Shown one piece after another: positions 37,642-49,168 of a stretch of 64,000 nt of DNA; within the stretch, counting starts at the first letter, position 1; every line of letters starts with the position of its first letter. The stretch covers positions 310,001 through 374,000 of the forward strand of contig CDROCS010002327.1 of the NCBI GenBank assembly GCA_977020255.1, in the 5' to 3' direction. The notes under the pieces were generated by a model, which was given only the letters and a program-made list of their open reading frames with translations, searched no databases and had not been told where the DNA came from. This DNA is from Obrimoposthia wandeli (lineage: Eukaryota). Position numbers and translations under genes: made by a program.

Positions 37642-38844
37642 GGGGTACCTTTTACTGATAAACCATTTTTGGCGTTGTATGCGTGATTTCAAGACCATTT
37701 TCAAATATAGCACTAAATATCTTACCGTTTAAAACAAAATTAGATTAAGTAGATTTTACGTGGCCAAAGTCTCCCTTGCGGAGCCTCCTAACAAAGGAGC
37801 CCTGCAAGACCGGGCAGCACCTTTGGCAAAGATTATATTTATATTACTTTTGTTTATAGTTAACCTTTAAAGAATAATAAAATCAATTAATTATTTTTTC
37901 ATATGATAAATTAAATCAATAAATCATTTATTCATATGATTACAATTCGGTGTCTCATGATGATAGTATTATTGAATATCTCCCATAACTATTAAATGTA
38001 CATGAAATATTTTTAAAAATAAAAATCCTACGTTGATGATATTGGTAAAGTTCCATTATCCTTAATTCAAAAAGTCTTGGAGCACAATATAATGAAAAAT
38101 ATTGAGATGTATATAGTTTAAAAATGTCTTCTTTAAGGTTGATCCGAAGAGCGCATAACATGTCTAAAGTACTTAGAGTCATAATGATGAAATGATTTTA
38201 AAACTAAAGTGTTTCGATTATATAAAAACCTAACTTCAATATAATTGATCAACTAATCAAAATAATCCTATATAATAAATAAATTGATTAAACAGAAAAG
38301 TTGTATTAATATATACAAGTGAATAAATGAATAACAACAATAACACAAGACAAAAAATATTTTTTACAACTTTATATTTGGTAGTTGACGTTTTAAGATG
38401 AGAAGTTCTAACTTCTCAATTTCGATTTTCAACTCTTTAATATCTGCCTGATTCTGTAAGTATCCAATTTGTAATTTTTGAGTTCTTAATCTCCAATTTT
38501 CAGCTTTTGATACAAAGATTCCATTCTATCGTTCTAAAAGTTCATAGATTAAAATCTATATTGTGAAATACAATATGTCATAATATGTTTGTTTGTTTGC
38601 TATTATTTCCATGTCTTTGGAAATAACAAATTTAGTTGCAAGTGTAAAAGTTTTTTTTTTAATTATTTAGAATAGTTTTGTAAAATTCTAACGAATCTAA
38701 ATTATCAAATTATAAGTTTAAATATTTTATATTTTATATTTCTAAATAAATGTCAGATTCTAAAAAATGTAAAAATTTTATTGAAATTAATATTTATAAT
38801 CTATATATATTTATAAATAAGTTGTTTGAAATTCAAAAAATTTA

Positions 38845-39190
38845 TTAAGAAACTTTATTATATAACCATAAAAGACATAAAGGACTACAATTAGTAGTTA
38901 CTGGGTTTTGCATACGAGTTTTATTATAGAATACATGACGTTGAGTTTCCACATGTCTGATGAGTGCTGATGGATAAAAAATTCCTAGAGGATCGAATAT
39001 GTGTACACTATCACGTCTCACGAATAGCGGAATCCAGTGTTCACCAGGTAAATTACTCGTATGAGTATTTACAACATATCCACCAGGTTTTAGAGTCGGT
39101 ATTTTATCCATAGGAAACACTTTGAATTTCTGTTCCAATAATTCAATTCCCACAGTATTAACCTGTTTAGAACTACATTAATTATTATTA
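38845..39190 (-). CDS. Adenain-like cysteine maturation protease
   Basis: VVNT....PGEHW...F......FDPLG...Q......C..LC (His, Asp, Gln, Cys). The start codon appears mutated. Confidence 0.88.
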
Positions 39191-39193
39191 AGA

Positions 39194-40445
39194 TCAATAA
39201 ACACTTACTTCTACAATTATACGTCTGCCTTTAGTTACTTGAATTTCAGTATCGAAAACACCGTAAATTATAATGTTTGACGGCTGTGCCAATCGTTTGA
39301 GAAACTTTACGTCAAGTCTTAGATTACTTTGTCTCGGTAATTGATGTTGATTTATATCAAAGTCAGGGGCCAATACGAATGTAAAAAATGGGTAACGTTC
39401 CTTAAAATCTTCAGATGTTATACCTATGTTTATATTCTTATCCAATAATCCCATGTTTCTAACTAATGATTGAATATACGCAAACATGTATTCATCTTTT
39501 TCAAAGTTTGTAGTATACGTTTCAACAAAGTCAGTGTTTCTACTAAGGAAAATTGAACCGACATTACAATGATCAAATTCTGAAGTGTCTGTTTCACTAG
39601 ACCCGTCCATTTTAAGATTATGTTGAAATATAACCAAAACAAATTTAGGTAATTGCTCATCATTAAAAATAGGTGATTTATAAAATGTTGTAGAGCCTTT
39701 AGGTAGTGAATAATGTACCACTTTTCCCCGTTTATGGATAAACCACATTTTGAGTTTCCAAACAAACATTATGAGCCATAAAAACTGATGGTTCAACTCG
39801 TACACGTCTAACTTTCATTTTAGCATCTAAATATTTTATTCTACAATGAGTTGTACCTGTTTTTAGTGACATGTTTGCATTGGAAATAATCAATTTTATA
39901 CCGACATTCATACCGGGAAGCTGATATTTGGGTTGTTCAAGAAAATCCGATCGAATTGAACCGCACAACTCAAATTCAATAGATTTTTCAATCCACCTTT
40001 TTCGTACATTCTCATTACTATCATAACCAATTCCATCTAATGAAACACTTTTCGTATCTTTGTTAAAATTAAGCATACATTCAATCAAAACCTTGTGAGC
40101 ATAAATACCATTTCCTCCTTCAATACGAGTATTATTCAGGTGAAGTTGCACATATTTAAATAGTGTATGGAAAAAGAAATTTGTTGGTATAAATTTATCT
40201 GCTTCCACCATGTCAATATAACTGTTTGTTCCATTATTTTTTAAAACTTTAATTTTCAAATATAATAGAGAATCATTCAAATCTAAATATTCTGTTTCAC
40301 TTGAATGGATATTAAACTCGATTGTATTAATATTACTACCGGTAATATTATTAACCGGGTAAATATTCTCAAAACAACTATTTTCTATAGCAATTTGAAG
40401 TAGTGGACGATCAAATAAACACAGTTCAGATTTTCCACATGCCAT
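39194..40445 (-). pseudogene. Major capsid protein (double jelly-roll), one frameshift near 39770
   Basis: KSELCLF..P..Q..IE...F..IYP...IEF.I......YLDL..S.LYLK.KV N-terminus; C-terminal FFTFVLAPD...G.LRLDVKF...L..P..IIIYG.F. Confidence 0.9.
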
Positions 40446-40616
40446 TTCTTACTCAAATATGGTTCATATTTTTCTACGTTTGTTTATACTACCTCTACCT
40501 TTCTGTACTTTTTCTTTCATTTCAACAGGAATTTGTGCTGGTCGTTTTCGATTTTTCTTTATTACAGTCATTAGTTGAGTAGCAGCTTTTGTTGCTTCAG
40601 GCAACAACCCCAGTAC

Positions 40617-40832
40617 TTAACTCATTGCTTTTGATTTTAGTTCACTCAAAATTGGTTTATTGTTCATTACTACGTTTGTAAGTGTTTTTGCACCAATTCG
40701 TCCTAAACGTGATAGTACAGGAAACGCAATTCGCCCCAAAACTTTCAACCAACCTGAACCATATTGTTTTCCAACAAAGTAAGATAGTTCACCGCCCGTT
40801 TGGGTTGTACTATACACATCAAATAAGGACAT
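40617..40832 (-). CDS. Small Polinton core/membrane-lytic-like protein, truncated
   Basis: QTGG...FVG.QYGSGW.K.LGR.AFP.L pattern typical of Polinton small basic proteins, located between the minor and major capsid genes. Confidence 0.65.
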   Translation of the reverse strand: MSLFDVYSTTQTGGELSYFVGKQYGSGWLKVLGRIAFPVLSRLGRIGAKTLTNVVMNNKPILSELKSKAMS

Positions 40833-40865
40833 TATTAACGATTAACTTTGTTTAATTTTGTTTTT

Positions 40866-41969
40866 TTACATAACGTTTCGGAAATGTAGTGTTAAACTAG
40901 TTTTTGCGTTATGAGCAAAGTTTATCGGTATTCCACTATCATTACGAATATTTACTTCAATATTGGAAATAGATGTTGATATTACAGAAAGATACATTGG
41001 TCTAATAATTGTAATATTTGCGGTATCGACATATTTTTTGTTTTTATATAACCAAATTGATTTTAACAACCAATTGACTCTATCAAATTGGTATACAGGT
41101 ACATGTGATCAAACTCACATATTAATTGAGGAATACCTTTTCCGTCACCTGTAAATTCTGTTTTATTAAGACCCAGTACAAATGCCATACGATTATTAAG
41201 CATTATACTTGAAATATTAGATTTTAACTTGAATTTAATGAATTTATCTTTTTCAATATAAAACATTCTAAAAATATGATTACATTTAGATATAACGTAA
41301 TTAACTAATGCATTCAAATCTGTACTATTGAAATCGTTGTCAAACACGATTTTTGAATTGATATTTTTCTCTCCTAATTGATAATATTCAAATTTCGTTG
41401 ATACATATTTATGATGTATGGTTTTTTGCGCACTTAAAATACCATTATCATCAGATGCTAAGTAATTTTCAGAGTTTAATTGAATATTTAGGAAACCCAA
41501 TTGATTTTTAGATTTTTAGATAGAATTTCTGTTTATTTTCAGATTTTATAACAAGTACATTTTCCATTTTATCTTCACCATTTGTACCAAACTCACAATA
41601 AAGATTAGCAATGTGTTTTGATGATTTTATTTCTACTTTTGAAATTTTCTTTATATTAAATTTAACAGGTTTCTGCTTATCATTATGAATTTCCTCATCT
41701 TTAAATTCAACATTTAATGAGACAGTATCGGTTTTCTTAGCACTAACCGTTTTCTTATAATTTATTTCACCACCCTTGTGAAAAATAACGGGTGTATTAC
41801 TATAAGTAAATTCTGTCAATGCAATTTCCCATTCACCTTGAAGTTCTATCGGATTTTCCCAATCAAAAATAAATTTCGATGCGGTATTATCAGATTGAGT
41901 GTTTGGACAACTCTTAGATGGTAACACAATATAGAAATTATTTATTCTATCTGGTTCGCTTTTATCCAT
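40866..41969 (-). pseudogene. Minor capsid (penton-like) protein, in three frameshifted pieces
   Basis: FYIVLPS.S......NT.S.F......PIEL.GEWEIALTEF N-terminus; MYLYTNLIE and I..IEV.IR..SG..I.F......LTLHFR C-terminus. Confidence 0.85.
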
Positions 41970-42953
41970 GTTGGTGTTTTATACCCTGACCACTTTACGT
42001 AATATTGTTTATTCTTACCTCGACCTTTAGATTTAATGAATTCTTGTATCCTATATACTTTTGGTTTATCAATAACTTGTAATTCTTGCTCATAAAACTC
42101 TCCCACTATCGGACTTTTATCCTCATCTATGATGTTATACATTACGGGTTTTGCATGTAAATTGATTTTTGCTATTTCAAATACTTCATCACTCCAATTA
42201 TTATCAAAATTTTTCATAAAAGGTGTTGTACTTAGGCGTGATATGCGAACAAAATCTCCAACTTTGTATTTGGGTTTCTTTATTATTTATTTTTTATTAC
42301 GAGAAAACCAATCATCAAATGAAATATCAATAGGTTTCTTACCACCTAAACCGCGATGTGGTGAGTGATTATATGAAATTAACAGTTTAGGTAGTACCTT
42401 TACCCATTTCTTTGAACAGATTACAACAAAATGTTTCTTTAACTTATCTTTTAATGTCCTATTAAATCGTTCAACCAAGGCAGCTTTAAAGTGTGAAAAC
42501 ACAGAGTAATGATTTACTCCTAATTTATCAAAAGTTGCTTTAACATGTTTGTTATAAAACTCTTTTCCAGCATCTGTTTCTACATTATCGGGTACAACAT
42601 CAATCATATTTTTGATGGCAGCATGTATATCTTTACCAGATTTTGATTTGACTGGTTCAGCACGCCAAATCTTGTAAATACATCAATACATTTTAATATA
42701 TATATTTGTTACCGCTATTTATACGCGCATAAGGTATCATTTCCATCAAATCCATTTGCCATAAATTATTAGGGCCACTAGTCTTGTACGATCGTGTCGG
42801 GAACCTTTTTCGCATCGATTTGTTGAGACTATACGCCAGTTGATGGCTCAGCCATGCTTGAGTTTTCTTTTGGCTCGACTTGGTGTTTGATGATAGAGTT
42901 ACAACGCCGCCGTATCCAACTGAATCTTCGGGATCGTACCATATCGTTTCCAT
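41942..42953 (-). pseudogene. Retroviral-like (rve) integrase with C-terminal chromodomain
   Basis: LWQMDL, VETDAGKEF and KAALVERFNRTLK (DDE), plus YYVKWSGY...TWI. Frameshifted. Confidence 0.93.
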
Positions 42954-43004
42954 TACAACAATTTATTTTAAAATCAAAATTATGTAAGTTGTTTCCCATA
43001 TACT

Positions 43005-43325
43005 TTAGTCAACAGCTCTAGCAAGTAAGGGACCAATTAAAGTTGCAACTATCGGTAAAAGTGCACCAATAAATCCTCCTTTTTGACGTAATACTATTTT
43101 CCTTCGACCAGAACCACTTTTTGTATTAACAATATCAAGTAATACTTTCTTGTGTTTTGGTACTTTCGACTTATGTTTACCGAGATTTACTTTTCCTTTA
43201 ACTCTATTAAACATAATTTCAACCAATTTATCGATAACAAAAAGTGGAAATGAATTGAGAATTCGAGCTCTATGTGAACTAGGTGACTTTAAAAGCGTTT
43301 GAAAGTAAGGTAAAACGTTTTTCAT
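43005..43325 (-). CDS. Basic core protein with adenoviral pX-like GGFIGALLP motif
   Basis: Lys/Arg-rich, ends RQKGGFIGALLPIVATLIGPLL. Homologs at 35758 and ~53480. Confidence 0.7.
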   Translation of the reverse strand: MKNVLPYFQTLLKSPSSHRARILNSFPLFVIDKLVEIMFNRVKGKVNLGKHKSKVPKHKKVLLDIVNTKSGSGRRKIVLRQKGGFIGALLPIVATLIGPLLARAVD

Positions 43326-43651
43326 TATTATTTAAACTGAAAGTACATATATTGTTTATAGTCTTATTGAAAAAATAGATTAAAAATTTTCTTTTGTTTT
43401 CCCTTTTTATCAATTACAATCCAATTCTTTGTATTTTTAACACATTTTTAACACACTTCTTCTTCTTTTTTTTAACACGTTTCTTTGTCGCTTTTGTCTT
43501 TTTTTTAAATGCGATCGGCATTTTGCCTTCCTTTCAAAACCGTTTTTATCAATTTCTTTCCTCGATTAGCTTTGATATCATCACCAGGTTTCCAATTTGT
43601 ATCAACATAATAAGGTATTTCTATTTTTTCAAAATTCATTTTAAAGAAATA

Positions 43652-44360
43652 TTATCTTTGTTTTTGTTTATACACCATACATTTGTTGAAAATATCGGTT
43701 CTTATTCTCAATTCATCAGTACATGATTGAGTAAAATCAAGAAACAAGTAACTATGATGATTTTTAGTTGCATCTTGAAAGGAATTTATCAAATATTGCC
43801 TGTTATTAGGAAATGCTTGATGTGAAACATAGTCAATAACCGTTTGATCACGAGGATTCTTAAACAAAAACAAGTAATGTACGTTTAAATTACGTGTTCT
43901 ATGTGAAACATAGTCAATAACCGTTTGATCACGAGGATTCTTAAACAAAACCAAGTAATGTACGTTTAAATTACGTGTTCTATGTTTACCGCCTTGATGA
44001 AATAGGTTTTGAGTAATGAAAATTACGGTAACTGCTATTACGGTCTTGCTATTTTAGTGAATAAATTATTAAAGTTTGACTCTTTATTTGCTTCATCATA
44101 CAAGTCATCAATTTCTATAACATCATCACGTTTTAACCGTTTTAACCAGTTTTGATCAAAACCATTGATAAATTTAATGTTTTTAAGTTTACATAATTCA
44201 CTTTTAGTTAACTCGAATTCGCAAACATCACCATAATGCCAATAAATTTTATTAAATTGATTATAAACATTTTATTGTTTTGTAATAATTTAGTTACAAA
44301 ATTTGTTTTTCCACTACCACTAGGTCCACTATCTGATATACTGCATCATCTTTAGGTTTC
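43652..44360 (-). pseudogene. A32-like packaging ATPase with 81-bp in-frame tandem duplication
   Basis: IVGPSGSGKTNFV (Walker A, ~44290-44330), IEIDDL, LFTKIAR, LFKNPRDQ (twice) and SYLFLD. Confidence 0.9.
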
Positions 44361-44408
44361 ATAATAATAATAATAATAATAATAATAAGATAAGAATAAA
44401 AATATTGT

Positions 44409-44696
44409 TTATAGGCATTTTATTAATATATACACCAAAAACGAATTAAAAATTGATACAGAAAATGTTATATACATCATATTTGAACGAATAATCTGAA
44501 TGAAATTTTCAAAATCCAATTTCCATTTGAGATCTCTGTAGACATGTGAGCGAACTATTTCTTTAAGATGATCACGACTATCTTCATTTAAACTTGAAAA
44601 GTATTGAACACCATTTATTGTTCCTTTTATAATTTCATCAACAGTTTTATCAACTAATTTATTGTATTTCTCCATTCTTATATAAATCATCATCAA
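44409..44696 (-). CDS. Conserved hypothetical Polinton protein upstream of the ATPase
   Basis: Homologous to 54536-54820 (VDEI...I.G....S.L....RD.....VRSHV.R). Confidence 0.55.
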   Translation of the reverse strand: MMMIYIRMEKYNKLVDKTVDEIIKGTINGVQYFSSLNEDSRDHLKEIVRSHVYRDLKWKLDFENFIQIIRSNMMYITFSVSIFNSFLVYILIKCL

Positions 44697-44699
44697 ATT

Positions 44700-45520
44700 T
44701 CAATTGTTTATATCATTAAATTTGACATTTCTTACTCTCCTTTCAATTATATGTCGATAAACTGAACATGAATGTAACCTTATAGAACATGAAATACATG
44801 TTTTTACATGTCCGCATGGTAGAAATACTACTTCAATATGATTATTCAAACATACTACACATTCAGGTTCTTTTAACATGTATGAAAGTATATGTATGTA
44901 TTGTTTTCAGGGTTTATTTCTAAATTATAAAAATCACAAATCATTTCAAATAGTGAATTATATTCTCCATATTGTATCATTTTATTTTTTAAAACAGATT
45001 TAATTATATCTTTCGTGAAAAACCTTTTCAAGTATTTGATGTTGTTGGTATCCATCAACATGTCGAATTTTTCCGTAGTTAAAGGATATTCAATTATACA
45101 ATCTGTTTCGATTTTCTCAATAACATTAGCATCATTATAGGGTCCTAAACTTTTTGAATAACATATATCAGGTAATTTTACAACAATATCTGATACATAT
45201 ACTTTTCCAATCAATGGTGATGTATCAAAATCAATTTTCTTGACCATAGTTTCAATTATTGGTACATTTGAAACATTTAACTTTAAAAGAAAGGGACTGG
45301 TAGGAAAAAATTTCATATGTTGCTTCATTGGTTTAAGATACCATTCACATTCGGATATTGCACCTAGACAGTATATACATTTTACTTTATCAGTTGAATC
45401 ATCATCATGTTTATAAAATCCAGCTTTAGCTAAATTATATACAGATTGTTTCCCTTTAAAATTGATAATTAACGATCTTAATCTTTCACTTTCACGTCTA
45501 TATTTTCAGTGTACAATTTC
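44700..45520 (-). pseudogene. iap: Inhibitor of apoptosis (BIR + RING)
   Basis: ESERL.S...LAKAGFY...DKVKCIYC...KQHMKFFP.SPF; ECVVCL...VVFLPCGHVKTCISCS..LHSC. Confidence 0.88.
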
Positions 45521-45689
45521 CATTCTAGAATAATCTACTTTTCGTCTAACTAAAAAATCATCAACAGTTTTATAATGAAGTATATAATCAACAAGCATTT
45601 TTAAAAAATCAAAAACATATAGTTGTTCATAAGAAACTTTCAAGAAAAAATACAATAGACTCGACTTGACGATGATAATCAAAATCTTT

Positions 45690-46093
45690 AATACCATGAA
45701 TAATCACTTTTCCACTAGCAAACACATAAACACATGAAGATTATACTTTAAAATTCTGAGTGCTGGAAACAATTCTGGTTCAAACATACAATTTCTTCCC
45801 ATTTTCATAGATATCTTATACAAATTAACCTTCTTGTTGATATTCACTAGGATACTTAGAGATTGAATACGTTCAATTTCTATATTTTGAGCATGTTTGA
45901 TTGGTTGTTTGCAACCCATAATTATGCATGAGCCTAAATAGTAGTAATAATAATAATAATACCTGTTGGAAAAAATAACTATAGTATAATCCTTTAACTT
46001 TTCAACATATTGTATAGGTTTTTTTGATCGAAAAGGTAAGTGACTAACACTTCCCTTAAATTTACCTTTATAATTTATATTGATTATTTTCAT
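45690..46093 (-). pseudogene. TATA-binding-protein-like gene
   Basis: TIVIFSN..CIIMGCK (repeat 1 end) and FEPELFPAL...CVYVFASGKVIIHG (repeat 2, across a frameshift). Confidence 0.75.
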
Positions 46094-46388
46094 TATGTTA
46101 TAATAATTGATGATGTCACAAACATATATAGTTTCATATTATCCAATGAGAATCAACCAATCAGATTCAAGTAGTCAACTTTAACTACCGAAACATTTCA
46201 GTTTACTCTCATTCATCATGTTCAATTTACAAAAACCGATTTTGAAGAGCACATAGAAGAGGAAGAATGAAATTTTAAATACAAGCAAAGTTGTACAGAT
46301 AGATTCTGATGATACAGAATTAGAAGATATTTTTAATGGAGAAACAGAAGATCTATTCAAAGAATCTGTACCTTATTTCAGTTATACA

Positions 46389-46724
46389 ATGAATTTTCTC
46401 AAGATACCTGTTACCTTTGGATTAAAATACCCTGTTATGCTAACAAAGTCCAAGTTTGACTATGTCATGAGGATCCATCAAAATGATATTAATAATATCA
46501 ATGATATTTTCAGAGGAATGAAATTAGATATCAAAATTGAAAACTTTAGTGCTTTTATTAAAGCTGATGAACATCTGTTTAAAGGAATATATACTTACTC
46601 TGAAGAAGAATTTTCCAAAAGCAAATATTGGATTTTATTTATTCAAATTCAAGGATTCAAAGTCGATAGACTCGGGAGACAGAAGCCTATTTGGAGAATT
46701 ACTGAAGAACATAAGAAAGTTTAA
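46389..46724 (+). CDS. TIR-proximal conserved protein (putative SSB)
   Basis: WILFIQIQGFKVDRLGRQKPIWRITE. Divergently oriented from TBP, as in P0 and P2. Confidence 0.5.
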   Translation: MNFLKIPVTFGLKYPVMLTKSKFDYVMRIHQNDINNINDIFRGMKLDIKIENFSAFIKADEHLFKGIYTYSEEEFSKSKYWILFIQIQGFKVDRLGRQKPIWRITEEHKKV

Positions 46725-46729
46725 TGTTA

Positions 46730-47342
46730 TTTATCATATGATTAAATGATTTATTGATTTTATTTTAATGTTATTTATCATATGAATAAATAATTAATTG
46801 ATTTTATTATTCTTTAAAGGTTAACTATAAGCAAAAGTAATATAAATATAATCTTTGCCAAAGGTGCTGCCCGGTCTTGCAGTGCTCCCCTCTTAAGAGG
46901 CTCCGCAAGGGAGACTTTGGCCACTTAAAATCTACTTAATCTACTTTTGTTTTAAACAGTAAGATATTTAACGCCACATTTGAAAATGGTCTTGAAATCA
47001 CGCATACAACGCCAAAAACGGTTTTGCAGTGAAAGGTACCCCCGGGTTGAGGGGGACCTATTGCCTTGAGTTAGTATGCGAGATTTCGAGACTTTTTGGT
47101 CAAGTCCGGAAATTACACATACTAACTTAAATAGATTTTGCAGTAAAAGGTAGAGATTTGAGTCATTTTGAATCATTTTAAGCCGATTTAAACAATTTTT
47201 AGACATTTTAACGACATTTTGTCTAAAAAATGACTATATACAGATTTTTTAATCCACTATAGTGTTGGGACTAACTTAAAGAAACAAGTTCTCACCCCGG
47301 GGGCTAGGTTCCCTTGAGTTAGTACCGACACTATAAACTACT
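46730..47342 (-). repeat. P1 right terminal inverted repeat
   Basis: High-identity inverted copy of 37642-37950. Ends in ...AAACTACT (5'-AGTAGT on minus). Confidence 0.9.
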
Positions 47343-48159
47343 TTCTTTGTATAATAAAGTCTTCCAATATTATTTTCTAAGATTGTTAGGTATATAATAT
47401 AATTCATTCAGGATACTTTCATTTACTTCCATCTAATTGATCTGGGTGAATCTCTAACCAGTGAAAATTGGGATTATCAAAATTTATTCACCCTCAGAGT
47501 TAATAATAATGTTGATCGATAATTATCCTTCACTCGCGAATTATTCAAGCATCACCTTGGGAACAATTCCATAGTAGATCCTGGTGTAAGGATATGAAAG
47601 CGCGTGCAATCCTATGATAATTTCTTACCTGGAGAAGATATTGATAAGTTCAGTCATTGGTAGTAGTCTTGTTGTAGCACATCTGAATCCAATAAAGCCA
47701 CATAAAGAGATTCATACTTTCTCCACCATATTGATCACATTTTGCTGGAAGTTTTTGATTGGTGAACATTCTTTAATACCATCATATGGGCTAAATTTTC
47801 AATAAAGCTACTAAACTGAATCAAATTCACACTCCATCAATGTGTGCTGTTCCCTAAATTTCTTCAATCAGCTGAAAGATTACAAGCAATGCTAATAAAT
47901 ATTACTAAATCTCACATAATTTCTTCCCTAGAACGTCCTAAATATCGTAGATTTCCTGGACATATCATTAATTTAGTCTTTAGAATCACCTAAATATCGT
48001 AAATTTCCTGAACATATCATTAATTTTCTGAATACATCAATACTTTTAGAACATAATATAGAACATATAGTTGTTATTATGATAAACAATATCGATACAG
48101 AATTGAAAAAGATAGAGTTGTAATGTTTTATAATTAGATTTTGTATATACCTTGTATTT

Positions 48160-48780
48160 CTTGTAAGTATTCAGACACACATGCACACACACAATAGTCT
48201 CTATGTTCTATTTTCCTTGTTCTGTTAACTTGTCAATTTTTGTAAGTATTCACACATACACACATACAATATTACTATAGTTTATTTGTTATATGTTTTT
48301 GTAAGTTTTCACTGACATACACATGCAAACGATATTACTATAGTCTATTTGTTATACATTTTGTAAGTATTCACACACACATATACACACATATACGATA
48401 TTACTATAGTCTTTTTCCTTGCTCAATCAACTTATAGATTTTTCTAAGTATTCATGCATATATACACACGCACTCACAAACACACAATATTACTATAGTA
48501 TATTCCCTGCTCAAACAATCTTCCAGCAATCAGAAGACATTCCAGTGGATTTCAATACTCCAATTTCTCTCAGCTAAGTTTACTATATGTGTTATATTTC
48601 CCTGCTCAACCAATATTTTGCCAATCAGAAGACATTCCAGTGGATTACTATTCTTCATCCTTCTGGGTATGTTTACTATATTTGCTATACGTTGCTATAA
48701 ATACCCCGTTGATATTTAGTATCTACTTTAGCTATAATTTTCTAATGATAGTAATACATAACACTTTGTAACCATGATAA
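48160..48780. repeat. Degenerate tandem repeats rich in (CA)n and ATATTACTATAGT
   Basis: Recurrent GTAAGTATTCA-CACACA...ATATTACTATAGT units of ~60 bp. Confidence 0.7.
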
Positions 48781-49168
48781 AATCGATGAATACAAGCTAT
48801 ATTGATAAATAATTATGAATAACCTTAGTAGTCTTATGATATATATATATATATTCCAAGTTTCAACTATACATAAGAAATATCAATACATTAATTGAGA
48901 TTTAATAACTGTAATCAATAACATGTAGAATATTGATATATTCTTAATTTCAGTTTAACATCTGAGATTATATAGTTTCTTTAGAAAACATCGTATGTTG
49001 AGATGAGGAGAAAAGATGAAGTTATGAAGAGATAAGATGAAGTGATGCCTACATTTTAGTAAATATATACATATATATATATATATATCTTGTTATGATG
49101 CAGCAAAATCACAAATGCTTGTAACCATAACAAAAATATATTTGAATTTGCGGGCATTGAAATTGATT

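Larger units (their letters stand above)
37642..47342 (-). mobile_element. Polinton/Maverick-like copy P1: morphogenesis module + integrase + TBP/IAP/SSB-like genes, no pPolB
   Basis: Inverted repeats 37642-37950 and 46730-47040. Right TIR runs to an AGTAGT terminus at 47342. The gene series between the TIRs is contiguous. Confidence 0.9.
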
